Source: Octopus sinensis (lineage: Eukaryota). From it: a stretch of 64,000 bases of DNA. The stretch lies in assembly GCF_006345805.1 (NCBI RefSeq), contig NC_043009.1, forward strand, positions 14,880,001 to 14,944,000. The letters run 5' to 3'. Below, in pieces: positions 13,501-26,655 of this stretch. Under the pieces are notes generated by a model, which was not told the origin of the DNA, did no database searches, and saw only the letters and a list, made by a program, of their open reading frames with translations. The translations under genes and the position numbers were made by a program. Position 1 is the stretch's first letter. Each line of letters starts with the position of its first letter.

Positions 13501-14951
13501 AAAGAAGATAAAGACATAGAAGGAAAGCAGCATCTGTGAAAACATGATTGTGGTGGTTGTGGCGGTCGTGGTCGTGGTAGTAGTAATATTAGTGGTGGTG
13601 GTGGTGGTGGTGGTGAAATTAGCTTTCTTTGCAAAAGCATTAGCACGCAATCGCTTTGTAGGAAAATACACAAATTTATATTCTGAGAACCTTTAAATAA
13701 TTGCATTTTGTTAAGAAGAATTGTATTCTACTGCGAGATAAAAAGAGCAAGAGAAATATTGTATATTTTCAAAGTACACTCAATGCCTGCAGTCGATGTC
13801 TCACATTTTATGGAATTAAAAGTTAACTATGTAAAGCACTGTAGATGTTATTCGGAAACAAAGCAGTAATATCACAATCACAGTATAAGGGTGAAAGAAA
13901 CGACTGATTAGTTTTGAATAGCAGTAGGTTTCTATCGAATATTTTCAAATGTTCTGGAGTTAAAATTAACTACGTAACACTATATCATGTCTATATACTA
14001 CGAAATTCGTTTAAGGTGGAGTCGAAATGTCATTGGTTGAGGGGAAATATTTTTGAACAACTTACACTTGTAGAACGAATTTCGACATATTTGATATTTA
14101 TGAAAAAATTCAGAAACAGCTTTAGAATTTAGGAGTTAACTTCATAATACTGATGCAATGACTTTTATTACTATATTTCTCATACTCATTGAAATTTATG
14201 CTAGACTGAAAAAATTCTAGGATTCTACACCCGCATTTATTATTCTAGTCTACTTTCTATCCGGGTAACGCCTCTATTATTATAATTAATTGTTTACCTT
14301 TATAAATGAAAAATGAAACTATTGCAAATATTTTTCAAATACATGTTTTGTTCAAACTTAGAAAAATTGCTGGTACCTAAAAATAGCAAAGGATTAATAA
14401 CATCATACTTCTCACAAATAAATATATTTTAAGCATATTTTTGATAAAATTAGGCTATATTTGATAACAGAAAATGTGACGCTGTAACAAGTAGTAGATA
14501 CACTAATTCACATTTATAGCTGTCATAAAATTTCAAGCATTAGATATTGCAACCAATGGTAGAAACAAGAACAAAAAATGAATAACTGTTACAGTGTGGA
14601 ACAGTAATTACTTCACAAGAGAGTGGCAAATATTAGCATCACATGCCCACGTCGCACTGGGTTGATGTATACGGTCATTAATATATAACTGATGTTAAAA
14701 GTGAGGATATACAGTTCAGAGTTTGAAATGTGTCGATTATAACTGAGCTATCAGGGGAGTGTATAAATATATATAAGGAACTTCAGGGTGAAGGGCATTT
14801 TCTACATTGTTTCGAACATGACTTTCCCTAGTGAGTTTGAATGTGAATGAATATAAATGGAATGAAAACTAACATTTGGCACCTATATAAGACTCACCTC
14901 TGAAACTTGTACGTAATAGCATTCATTATATCATATACACACTTAAGTAAC

Positions 14952-14995
<44 letters not shown>

Positions 14996-15479
14996 ATATA
15001 TATATATGCATATGCAAGTATATATGTATGTATTTATATGTATGCATGCATGTATGTATACGTGTGTTTTGTATGTATGTATAAATACAATACATCATTT
15101 ATTCATAAGGTTTTAAGTTCATATCTTGAAGGTATTATATTGAAGCTAATATACCATTCACAAATTTTTTTGAGATATCATACTATTATGGATAAAATAT
15201 TCAAAATGTTTTGCATATTATATTCTAAGCCTGCCATAATCTGGCACATAACCTAGAAACATCAGATTACTTATGCTTCTGTTAAAACTCCTAATGGTTT
15301 CATGGCTACTATTCTTCGTCACAGGTTCATAAAGGTGGCTCTCATAAGTTTTAACATTGCTTAACTCTTCTAAGTTGTTAGACGGATCTGTACATCTTGA
15401 TACTAATGTTCTGATTGTCCGTTTAAAAAATAAATGCATCAAATAATTATACAAATATGTGATATTCTCAAGTTTCGAA

Positions 15480-15890
15480 TTTCTTTATTTGCTAGCTTAT
15501 AGAAATTTAAGCTAAAATTACGTCTTCCAAAGCAAATAATACTACCTAGTATAAATAATATAAAGAAGTATAAAATATAGTCATCAATGTAGCAACTACA
15601 ATTTTGTTGTAATCTCGAAATATTTTCAGTAAAACACAAAATGCAAGAACAGTTCTTCGAAATAAAGCTTACACTGTAGGAGAATGAACGATTTATCGTT
15701 GCTTTTTCTAGATTAATATTTTATTACACTTATTTTATTACACATCCTATATATATAAAGTTACCAGCCTCAGTTATGATTGTACATTTATATTTTATGT
15801 TTTGGATTAGACATTGGCCTATGAACGGACAGTGGGATTTAACTCCACAGTTGCAACCAGGAGCATTACTACTATTAATATTATTGATAT
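15480..15890 (-). mobile_element. Penelope-like GIY-YIG endonuclease fragment
   Basis: CNCGVKSHCPFIGQCLIQNIKYKCTIITEAGNFIYIGC, then SKNCSCILCFTE: the PLE CNC..CP..G.CL...Y..YIG and CNLCLTE motifs. Confidence 0.75.
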
Positions 15891-15893
15891 TAT

Positions 15894-15922
15894 TGAATGA
15901 GAGAGCAGTGCATGTCATCAAG
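15894..15922 (-). mobile_element. Extremely 5'-truncated copy (~30 bp) of the 550-bp TAA-associated element
   Basis: Minus strand CTTGATGACATGCACTGCTCTCTCATTC-AATAAT equals the terminal sequence of the 20843, 52184 and 52846 copies. Confidence 0.6.
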
Positions 15923-15924
15923 TT

Positions 15925-16385
15925 CTCCTGCTTGTTTGGCAGGGAGCAGAGCCTTGTTGCCAGACAGAGGGTCTCTCAGCAGCCATCTTCTTAACCCAGA
16001 GTAGCACTTGATGTAGGTCTCCGTCTTGAGTTTCAGGCTGTGTGGGGAGATAGATGGAGGCATAACGCTGCGTCACTATTAATCTCTCTAAATACCATGA
16101 TGTTGACTGGTTATTTGAATTTTATCACTCTCGATATGTGTCCTCAGATTGACACCGAAACACTCTGAAATGTTCGTATTGGGGCTTCCGGTGCGAATGC
16201 GGAGCAGTACAGCATGTCATGTCCAAATTTCTGGAAGAGTGAATTGTGTCGTGTTGCTGTTTTTGTCACAGACGGTGCCTAGCCGATCCTGCTATAATGT
16301 GTAGTCGACAAAATCTAAAACAAATAATCCGTATGCGTGATATTAAAAACACAAAACCGAGACAATTTACCCATCGCATCCTATG
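15925..16385 (-). mobile_element. Internally deleted Tc1/mariner (maT/DD37D-like) relic
   Basis: Minus strand TQFTLPEIWT*HAVLLRIRTGSPNTNISECFGVNLRT joined to PVNIMVFREINSD. The 5' end (GATGGGTAAATTGTC) is shared with the 57225-58010 copy. Confidence 0.7.
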
Positions 16386-17439
16386 TTTGTGTTTGTGTGT
16401 GTGTGTGTGTGTGTGTTTCTGTGTGTGTGTGTGTGTGTATTTGTGTGTGTGCTTGTATATGAAAATAACAACTAAAAAATCAATGCCCACTCACCTGCAG
16501 CATACTCGCCTGAGACATCAGGTCTAACATTGCAGTACATCCACGTAAAGCGCCTATCCTTTTCAACAGGGGTAACGGAATACAAAGAATATTTTGAATA
16601 GTCATTCCTCGGTTGTCTGATGGGTGATGTAGAGACTACATTGATCTTTTGGTTATATGCTTACTTTTGTAGGATAGTTATTTATTTAGCGCATTCAGTT
16701 TTCATGAATAATTATGAACAAACTTTGTGTAGCACGGTGTCATTTTTCAATCCTAAATGAATGCTTAACATGTCTAAATAAAAACTACATAAATATACGG
16801 ATATTACACATATTAAAGGTCGAATATATATCCCTTATTGTTAAGAATAACGCAAATATTTTGAGATTTTTCTTGATGCCACGAAACGGGTGTGAGAAAG
16901 TCACTTGTATAGCCTATCCTCTTAAAATTATTTCCGAAACAGGTGTGATCCTTGTTGCATAAAATTATAGATAATATTCATAATCAATAATCCGAATGTG
17001 AATACTTGTTTCGTTCTGGTGAATTAATTTGAGACAATGCGATGCAAGGTGATCGAAATATCATTTATCTGTCTGTTTTCAGGTTTTTGTTTCCTCTTAT
17101 CACAGTTTTGGTTTTAGTTCTAACTTCTTTTAAAATATTTATCACCTTTGAGAAACTATGGTTTCATGACTTTGATTTAATTGACTGACGCGATTGAAAC
17201 ATTGCTAATACAGTAATGTTTCATGTTTGAGCTGATTCATCTCGGTCGTCTATGAAATTAATTAGAGACATTTTAAAGTTATATTGTTCTAGCTGAACTT
17301 TTACACCAGCTCGCAACATTTCAAATTAAAGCAGCTTTGTCTAGACTTAACATGAACTATGATTCATGAGGTCTTCGGGATTAATCAGCAACGATAGATT
17401 GATGTGTAGGTTACATTATTATATATATCTGCATATATA

Positions 17440-17481
<42 letters not shown>

Positions 17482-17505
17482 TATATTATATATAATATAT
17501 ATATA

Positions 17506-17563
<58 letters not shown>

Positions 17564-18099
17564 ATATATATATATATATATTATATATATATATAATGAT
17601 ATGAATATTCATTAAAAACCGGTGGTTGTTAAAATCGAATTCAGACGAGAATTTAGATGATTGATAGAATTCGTATTTTCGTTTGAAGAAGCTATTCTTA
17701 TTGTACCATAATTGTTCCTATCATAATAAGAGCTTAGTGGAATTGGAAATGAAGAACGACGTAATCAGATGAAATGAAATGAAAAATTCATCGAAGAACT
17801 TTTGTAGGAGACATTTTAAACTGTTATGAGTTTTAATAAGCATAATTTAATTTTTCTTTCATTTATGTTAGAAAATAAATATGAACAAAAATCAAACGAT
17901 ATGAAGTTATATATTATATATCTTACTTTCTGGGGGGAAATATGTCCCATGGAATTTGACGGACTGTGATACTACTACTACTACTACTACTACTACTAGT
18001 AGTAGTAGTAGTACTACAACCCCCACTACTACTACTACTGCTGCTGCTCGCTAGCGTTTCTAATAATGATAATAATAACAATAAAAATGATAATAATAA

Positions 18100-20768
18100 T
18101 GATCGGTGGAAATTGAATCAAGTCACGAAGAATGTGAAGGAAATTTTGGAACACATCAGCACAAAAAATCACAGAAACAAATAATTTCATGAGGCAGCAA
18201 GCAATGTTGTAGCAGAAAATGTGAGTGTTGAAGTGAAGAAAAAAGGAATATAATTCGAGTGACGAAACAAAATATCAATAGTGGAAAAGAAGAATGCATG
18301 CGGGTTTGATATGTTCTCGAATGACAGTTCTGTGTTAGATCGAAAAGAGAAGGTGAGACCTTAAAAGTGAACAAAAATACAGGTTAGTGAACAAATAGTT
18401 ATGATATTGAAAGTAAGAGTCTGAAAGTATTAATGGAGGAACTGAAACTGCACCCCGTTGCAAAGAAAGCAGAGATGGTAAGGTACGACCAAAGAATGTA
18501 GGGATACCGACTGAATGAGTTATTGAGAGTAGATCAGAAGAGATGCTACAAAGAAATAAATGGAGAGAGTACAGATGAAAAGTTGATACCAGATAACATT
18601 GAAAGTCATATGTTTTGGATTGACATCTGGAGCAAAGACAAGGAACTCAAGAAGGATGCTGAATGGTTGCAAGAACTGTAGCCAACAGTAGTCTGACCAA
18701 AATAAGCAGAACTAGTCATTTCAGTTAGGGAGGTGAAGGAAGAGCCCGAGACCAGATGGAGTTCAAGTCTACTGGATCCAAAGGTTTGGTGAGTGTCATG
18801 CACGAAAAACTGCACAACTCAATACCTTGTTAAATGCCGACCAAGTAATACATGAGTGGTTGACATTGGGTAGGACAGTGCTGTGACTGAAAACTTCTAA
18901 GAAGGCAAAACTGTAGACAATTACAGGTCGATATCCTGCTTGCCACTTATGTGGAAATTATTGACTGTAATTAGTCACGGAGTCAATGTACGGACATCTG
19001 GAAAAAAGGGAGTCATGCTACAAGAGGAGAAGTGTTGTAAGTGTAAGTGTAGTAGTACCAAGGATCAAATTCTGATAGACAAAACTGTGCTTAGAGACTG
19101 CAAGGGGAAGAAAACTAATTTAGCATAGTCATGGATCGATTATCGTAAGGCATCCGAAATGATCCAACATTCTTGGATTATGGAATGTATGTATCTATGG
19201 CATCAAATGTTGAACGATTACTTGGAAAAAGTATGGTGAAGTGGCGGACGGAAATGTTAGCATATGGAAGGAGATTAAGGAAAATAGAAATCATGAGAGA
19301 CATCTTGCAAGGAGACTGCCTGGCCCCACTGATGTTTGTATTGAGTATGATATCACTGTCACTGATTCCGAGGAAAGCAAAGGCTGGGTATGTATTGAAG
19401 AGCTGCCAACAATGAGTCAACCACGTGTTATTCAAGGATGACCATAAACTAAAGATTACTCTCAAGTTAGTTCCCTCGTTGATACGGAGTATACTTTCAG
19501 TGCTGATATCAGAATGGAGTTCGGACTGAGAAAGGTAAAATCAAATGTATGGACGGGCTAACGATAGAAGAGACGGGTTATAATTGATGGAGAAAGAAAT
19601 GACAGAAAAATTTAAGGTGAAGTCCTTGCGCAGATTGATCCGTAAATCGAAATTAAACGGATGGAAAAGGAAGCTATCAACAACAGGGCGGTTTCAGTCC
19701 TTAGATATGGAGCAGGAGTAATCGCATGGAGAGTAGACGAACTAAACAGTTTAGCCAGAAAGACAAGGAAGTTCCTGACTAGGCATGGGATACTCCACGC
19801 AAAAAGAGACACAGTGAGATTGGATTGTATATACCAAGAAAAGACTGATTGAATGCAAACACCGCATTAGAGCAGAAGAAAACCACACAGCATGGTACGT
19901 AAAAAATGCCACAGAACAGCTACTATTGGAACGAAGAAAGTCAGATCTTTGTAGGATGGAATATTGCAAAGGTAAAACAATGTTCAAGGACTTCAGAATG
20001 AAACTGCAAATAGTTGGATAAAGGAAATAATGCATAGGCAATTTCATATTGATTTTGAAAATAAGACAGAGAAAAATGGCTATGGATGACTAAAAGGGAT
20101 TTAAAACTGGAAACGGAGGCTCAAAGCTGTGCTGCCCAAGAGCAAGATTTAAGAACCAATTACATCAAATACAGAACATACAACAGATCAGAATGTGATA
20201 AGTGCAGAAATAGTGGAGAAAATGGTGAAACACTATGTCATATTACCTGTTAGTGTATGCCACTGGCACAGAATACAAGAGATGTTATGACAATATAGCA
20301 AGTTTTTTTTCAATTGGAAACTTTACAACAATTTACAACAATAGAACAAAAAAGTGGTACGAACATAAACCCAAAGATGGGATTCTATGATACAGTGCGA
20401 CTATCAGATATAGAATAGAAAGCCAGACACAGTGTTAATTGAGAAAGAAAGCAAATGATGCTGGATCATAGATATAAGGTATGCGATAGGGAAGAAAGAA
20501 AAGTCGATAGATATAACAGGTGAGCTTGGGAGGTTAAGCAGTTGCGGTCGCTGAAAGAAGTGATAGCAGTACCAATAAACAGTGAGTGAAAATTTTGAGA
20601 AGTACATGGAACAAATATGGACTGCAATAACGGTGGGGCACTTGCAGAAACAGCCCTGCTTGGAACCGATCGAATATACCGGAAAGTGTTCGAAAAATAG
20701 AGAGTTATTCCTTAGGTAGTAGAAAGCTGACACCGTAGTACATTTTTAGCGTTAGAAGCTCTGCAAAT
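18100..20768 (+). mobile_element. R4/Dong-like non-LTR retrotransposon (RT + CCHC + RLE), 5'-truncated, decayed; lineage Y
   Basis: RPISCLPLMWKLL, TKDQILIDKTVLRDC, ILQGDCLAPLMFVL, AINNRAVSVLRYGAG, CRNSGENGET and KPDTV motifs. AAT-rich runs lie on both flanks. Confidence 0.9.
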
Positions 20769-20797
20769 ATAATAATAATATAATAATAATAATAATA

Positions 20798-20831
<34 letters not shown>

Positions 20832-20842
20832 TAATAATATGA

Positions 20843-21386
20843 AGTACCAGGCAGTGGCTCTCATGGCTTCTGATCTTAACTGATTGGAAGTGTTATCATG
20901 TACATTGTTTTGTCTTGGTATAAAAGATGGGCTACAGCAAATATTCTGCTCAATACCACAGATTTGCTTGTCAGTTGTTTGACCTTAACCAGTTGAGCAT
21001 GTCCCTTAGTGGCTGACGATATGTGCATCTCTGATCACGAGCAGAAGTAGCGGGGGAGCATCATAGCCATGTGTTGAGAGGGATTCTTTGGAATTTGAAT
21101 AGTTCACCTTTGGAAACATGGGTGGTTCTTTCAACATCCTTAAACAACCCTTATTCAGGGACCGTTTGAGCGGGATGGGCTACTCAACCTGAAGAAAATT
21201 CTAACTGGGCCCCACCTGCAAGGTCATGTGCTGTTTATCTTGATATGAGATCACCATGTCGCGCACATATGGTTGTGATGCATGTGCCTGGTGTACCTTT
21301 ATCAGACGGGTAGTCATGATGGGTATATTGGGCTTCGTATATTTTACCCCAGTGTCACTTTGATGGCATGAACTGCTCTCTCACTC
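20843..21386 (+). mobile_element. ~550-bp non-coding interspersed element embedded in (TAA)n
   Basis: Near-identical to 52184-52759 and 52846-53403; (AAT)n on both sides. Confidence 0.9.
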
Positions 21387-21438
<52 letters not shown>

Positions 21439-21488
21439 TAATAATAATAATAATAATGATGATGATGATGATAATAATAATAATAATA

Positions 21489-21522
<34 letters not shown>

Positions 21523-21600
21523 CCATGACGATGACCATGACGATGATGATGATGATGACGACGATGACGATGATGATGATGTTGATGATGATGATGATGA
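21387..21600. repeat. (AAT)n-(GAT)n compound microsatellite
   Basis: Direct reading; source of the poly-M/H/I ORFs. Confidence 0.95.
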
Positions 21601-21785
21601 ATTCTTTCCCAGTTCTTTGTAGCTGCGCTAATTCGGTTTTTGTACGATCTACAAAAGCTGCTGTAAATTGAAGCAATGATAACGCCCAAGTGTTTACAGC
21701 CTTCACTAGATTTGGACCAATCAGCTTCGTCTTCATAAGCTTCCTCACCGTTCTGCTTTACTCCTCAATTTTCATTATCGTTTAT
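21600..21785 (-). mobile_element. R4/Dong-like post-RT fragment
   Basis: RKLMKTKLIGPNLVKAVNTWALSLLQFTAAFVDRTKTEL matches the K.KLN..N..KAINTWA.S...Y motif. Confidence 0.75.
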
Positions 21786-21791
21786 ATAGTA

Positions 21792-21868
<77 letters not shown>

Positions 21869-21869
21869 G

Positions 21870-21991
21870 TTTGTCTTATTTTCATAACGTGCTTTCACTT
21901 CAATACCGATCGCATCTCTGCGTGCCTTGAGTATGTGCCGTGGTTTGTTGTGATGCTCTTATTGTTACTGTATTGAAAGTGTTTTGCGTAG

Positions 21992-22005
<14 letters not shown>
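21870..22005 (-). mobile_element. R4/Dong-like lineage X 3' terminus with (TAA)n tail
   Basis: Homologous to 61560-61650 and 42880-43000; runs into (TAA/TAG)n at 21790-21870. Confidence 0.7.
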
Positions 22006-22041
<36 letters not shown>

Positions 22042-22042
22042 T

Positions 22043-22860
<818 letters not shown>

Positions 22861-23154
22861 CTAACATTCTTCTTTTAATACATTTATTGAATTATAATTA
22901 TTAAAAGTGAAAATGGAAATTAGAATATATACGCAACTTTATATGCCTGTGTGTATAATCACATATACATATGCACAAACCAAATATACGCACATAACGC
23001 AGATTTACACATTCACAAACACATAAAAATACACACAAAGACAATCCAAAACGAGTGTTTTTACTTCACTCATATATGTGTGTGCGTTTCTTTGAGTATA
23101 TGCCTATATACATATAAATGTATATACATATATATATATATACATGCATATATA

Positions 23155-23261
<107 letters not shown>

Positions 23262-24075
23262 ACGTATGTATGTATGTATGCACGTATACGTAAACGCAAA
23301 CATAAATATTTGTGTGTGTGTGTATGTGTGAGTTTGCTATCTGTTTACAAATGCATATTTCAGAGTAAACAACATTTGTTATGAAACTGATTTCATTATA
23401 TTTGATTTTCTTTAACTCATTAAATGCAGTAATTATTCTGTCTTATGTTGCTTTCAAATAGAGAGCAAAGTCTATTACATAATCAACAGTAGAAATTCAA
23501 GAGGTTTTCATTAGCCTATACAATCCTGTAGTTTCTGAACTAAAGTTATCAGAATGGAGGCACCAAGAAATAATTAAGTGAAGCTAAAATACCTTGAAGT
23601 AAATTTCTCAAAAATAAAGGAAATAAATTAACCATAGAAATAACGTGATAAAGGAAAGGAAGACATAGAAAAAATTTACCATTCGTAAATACAAACGGCA
23701 TTGCTGTCTTTTGTTTGGACAATAAAGTTCAAATTCAAATGCTGTTTACATGGCATTTAAAAGACTGCACTTAAAGGAAGTGTTGAATCCATGCTGCATT
23801 GTTGCAGTACATAAGAAAAGTTAATGGACGTTAGAGAATTTTGTACAGCCAGATGATGAGGAAGAAAATGTAGATATAGTAAGTGAAATTGAGAGAAACA
23901 GTGAAAGAATAGGAATAAAAGAGACACAGAGAGAGTTATAGAAGGATGGAGAGATGAGTGAGAAATAGTATAGGAAAAGAAAAACTATGAACTTTAGCAA
24001 TATTCAAGAAGGAATCAAAGGAAAGGAGAGATTGAGCATATATACATCCGTGTGTGTGTGAGGTAATAAGTATAT

Positions 24076-24139
<64 letters not shown>

Positions 24140-24565
24140 CGTAAATGTATTGATATTTTCCAGATTTTCTTTAGCAGATATCTAATGGCATTTGTCTGGT
24201 GATTTATTGAAATCTACTTAAACATCTTGGCTGATTTACTGGTGTTAGAAAGTTATTTTTTCTTTAAAAGTTCTTTTGTTTATAAAGTTTATGCAATTAT
24301 GTTTACTTTAATCAAAGCTGTTTGCACTGAGTCATATACATTGCAAATCTGATGTCTGTTTTTTCAGTATAAATAAATTTAAGTTTTGCGTCATGTATAT
24401 ATTTCTACATTCCCGCGTGTATATGCATAGGCATACATTAACTTACACACATGTACTAACACCCTCACAGAGACATCTATTTCCATTCACCAGATATATT
24501 TATAAGCACACAGTTTTCTACCAATATACACATATTACAACACACATATATATGTATGCATATAC

Positions 24566-24631
<66 letters not shown>

Positions 24632-24649
24632 GCATGTGGATTTGAGTGG

Positions 24650-24960
24650 GGTGGAAATTAATTTGAAGATTGGGTTGTTATGGAGAGTTGCTTTGGAGAA
24701 ATATGTATTGACTAAAATTGAGCTTAAGTTATTATTTATAATTTATGTATGTAGAATATTCTAAGTAGCTTTCTACGCAGCCGGTTACTGATGAGGATCC
24801 GCCTAGCAAATAATCTTAGTTGCTAAAAAAATTTGAAACCTAGGTATAACCGCAAAATATAATAAGGTAAAAAGGTTTTTATTTTTCATTTTCTTCGAAA
24901 AGTGCTATTAATTTTGGTTTTGGTCGTTTTGGCTGCTTCTTCTAGCATGTAAAAATTACC
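24650..24960 (-). mobile_element. Possible PLE N-terminal ORF relic
   Basis: VIPRFQIF resembles the PLE IIPKFL.FK motif; heavily decayed. Confidence 0.25.
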
Positions 24961-25063
24961 TGTTAATGGGTAATTTTATCTTGTGTTTATATTGAGAATA
25001 TGTTGTGTATTGTGTATTTATACACGCTAGGCCACTGATGGTGATATTTCTAAGGAATATTCG

Positions 25064-25202
<139 letters not shown>

Positions 25203-25234
25203 TACGTATATATATATATATATCTATATATATA

Positions 25235-25400
25235 TAGGGAGAGTTTACGAAAAAAACAAAAGACGAAGACAGGTGGTGTACAAAACAAACATATGTATTA
25301 GTATAACGCTCAGGAATAGAAAAGTCTTTTAAGTTTCGAGCCTACGCTCGTCTACAGAAAGGGACACAGAAAAAAACAAGGAGAGAAACAAGGAGAGACA
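25235..25400 (-). mobile_element. PLE-type short repeat with hammerhead-like motif (family 2)
   Basis: Minus 25361-25326: CTTT-CTGTAGA-C-GAGC-gtag-GCTC-GAAA-CTTA-AAAG. Confidence 0.55.
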
Positions 25401-25882
25401 AAACATATGAGTAGTGGCTAACGATCTATCATGCTGACTATATATATATCAGTGCAGTTGAGTGAATAAGTCTAGTGTTGGAGCAGAAGAGTATATGCAT
25501 TGATTTTCATTGTTTCATGGGCTTAACTTTAAATCCACTGAAGTAACTGGAAGTAAGGCGCGATTATCGCATATTTTTTAACATTTCTATATAAGTAGGG
25601 ACCACACAAGAAACAATCCGTTAGAGTTCTGAACGTATACTTGGGTGATATGTTTCTAGTTACTACAGTTCTATTAGTAACTCTATATGTAAAAGAGATT
25701 GGAGAAATGACAACCCGGTTTCTACAGTCTAGAATAATTGGTCCAACTCGACTTCTGTGCCCCACAAATTCAACGAGAACCTTCACTTAGTCTACGGATT
25801 ATAATTTACTGAATGTATATTTAGGAATATTTCCATTAGGGTATCAAAACGATCCGTTATTGAAAGGAATTCAAAGATGCAT

Positions 25883-26020
25883 CATTTACACTTCACAATT
25901 ATTTGTCCTCATCATGTTTGTTGTTAACACAATGTTTCATCTGGTGTATCCTCCAGCCTTCATCAGGTGTCTTGGGGAAATTTCGAACCTGGGTTCTCAT
26001 TTCTCATGTATTTTTCGATA

Positions 26021-26115
<95 letters not shown>

Positions 26116-26188
26116 ATTATTATTCAGATCACTGCCTGGAATCGTACTCGGAATCTTGGGGTTAGTAGCCCGCGCTCTTAACCACTAC
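25883..26188 (-). mobile_element. Composite element: tRNA-like head + (AAT)n + PLE-type tail with hammerhead
   Basis: Head 26188-26125, (AAT)n 26122-26024, tail with decayed hammerhead at 25971-25926. Confidence 0.8.
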
Positions 26189-26211
26189 GTAGTGGTTAAG
26201 ATGATGATGAT

Positions 26212-26267
<56 letters not shown>

Positions 26268-26446
26268 CAACAACATCGAAAAATGCCTTAGGAATGAGAA
26301 CCCAGGTTTGAAATTTCCCCAAGACACCTGATGAAGGCTGGAGGGTATAGCAGCCGAAATGTTGTGTTAGCAATAAAGAAGATGATGACAAATATCCGTC
26401 AAATGTAAATAATGTACATAATTCCTCATCTCTTAATTATAGAACT
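26189..26446 (+). mobile_element. Inverted partner: 13-bp head stub + (TGA/AAT)n + hammerhead tail
   Basis: GTAGTGGTTAAGA stub forms a 26-bp palindrome with the left arm; the tail matches 51731-51923 and 53465-53617. Confidence 0.8.
26323..26368 (+). ncRNA. Minimal type I hammerhead ribozyme (one stem III C to T change)
   Basis: GACAC-CTGATGA-A-GGCTG-gagggtatag-CAGCC-GAAA-TGTT-GTGTT. Confidence 0.7.
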
Positions 26447-26476
26447 GAAATTCAATAATGTTTTCTTCAAAATTTA

Positions 26477-26655
26477 GCACAAAGCAAGAAGTTCGTGGGT
26501 TAGGGTAAATCGATAACATCGATCCCAGTGTTCACTGGTATGTATTTTGTCGACCCCAAAAGGATAAAAACCAAAGTCGACTAGGAACATAAAGTTAGAC
26601 GAAATGCCGTTACGCATACTGCCCGGCGTACTAACGATTCGGTCCGCTCACCACA
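26477..26655 (-). mobile_element. SINE family A, diverged
   Basis: Reverse complement of GGTGAGCGG..GAATCGTTAGTACGCCGGGC...GTCGAC...GGGGTCGAC. Confidence 0.7.

Noticed and set aside
15295-15330. Hammerhead-like GTGACGAAG...GAAAC downstream of the PLE endonuclease (minus strand)
   Set aside because: Position fits a pLTR, but stems II and III do not pair.
20768-21600. CRISPR-like or regularly spaced repeat array
   Set aside because: Eukaryotic microsatellites with transposon inserts; no constant repeat/spacer structure.
23852-23885. AG...GTAAGT micro-exon encoding PDDEEENVDI
   Set aside because: No polypyrimidine tract and no recognisable protein.
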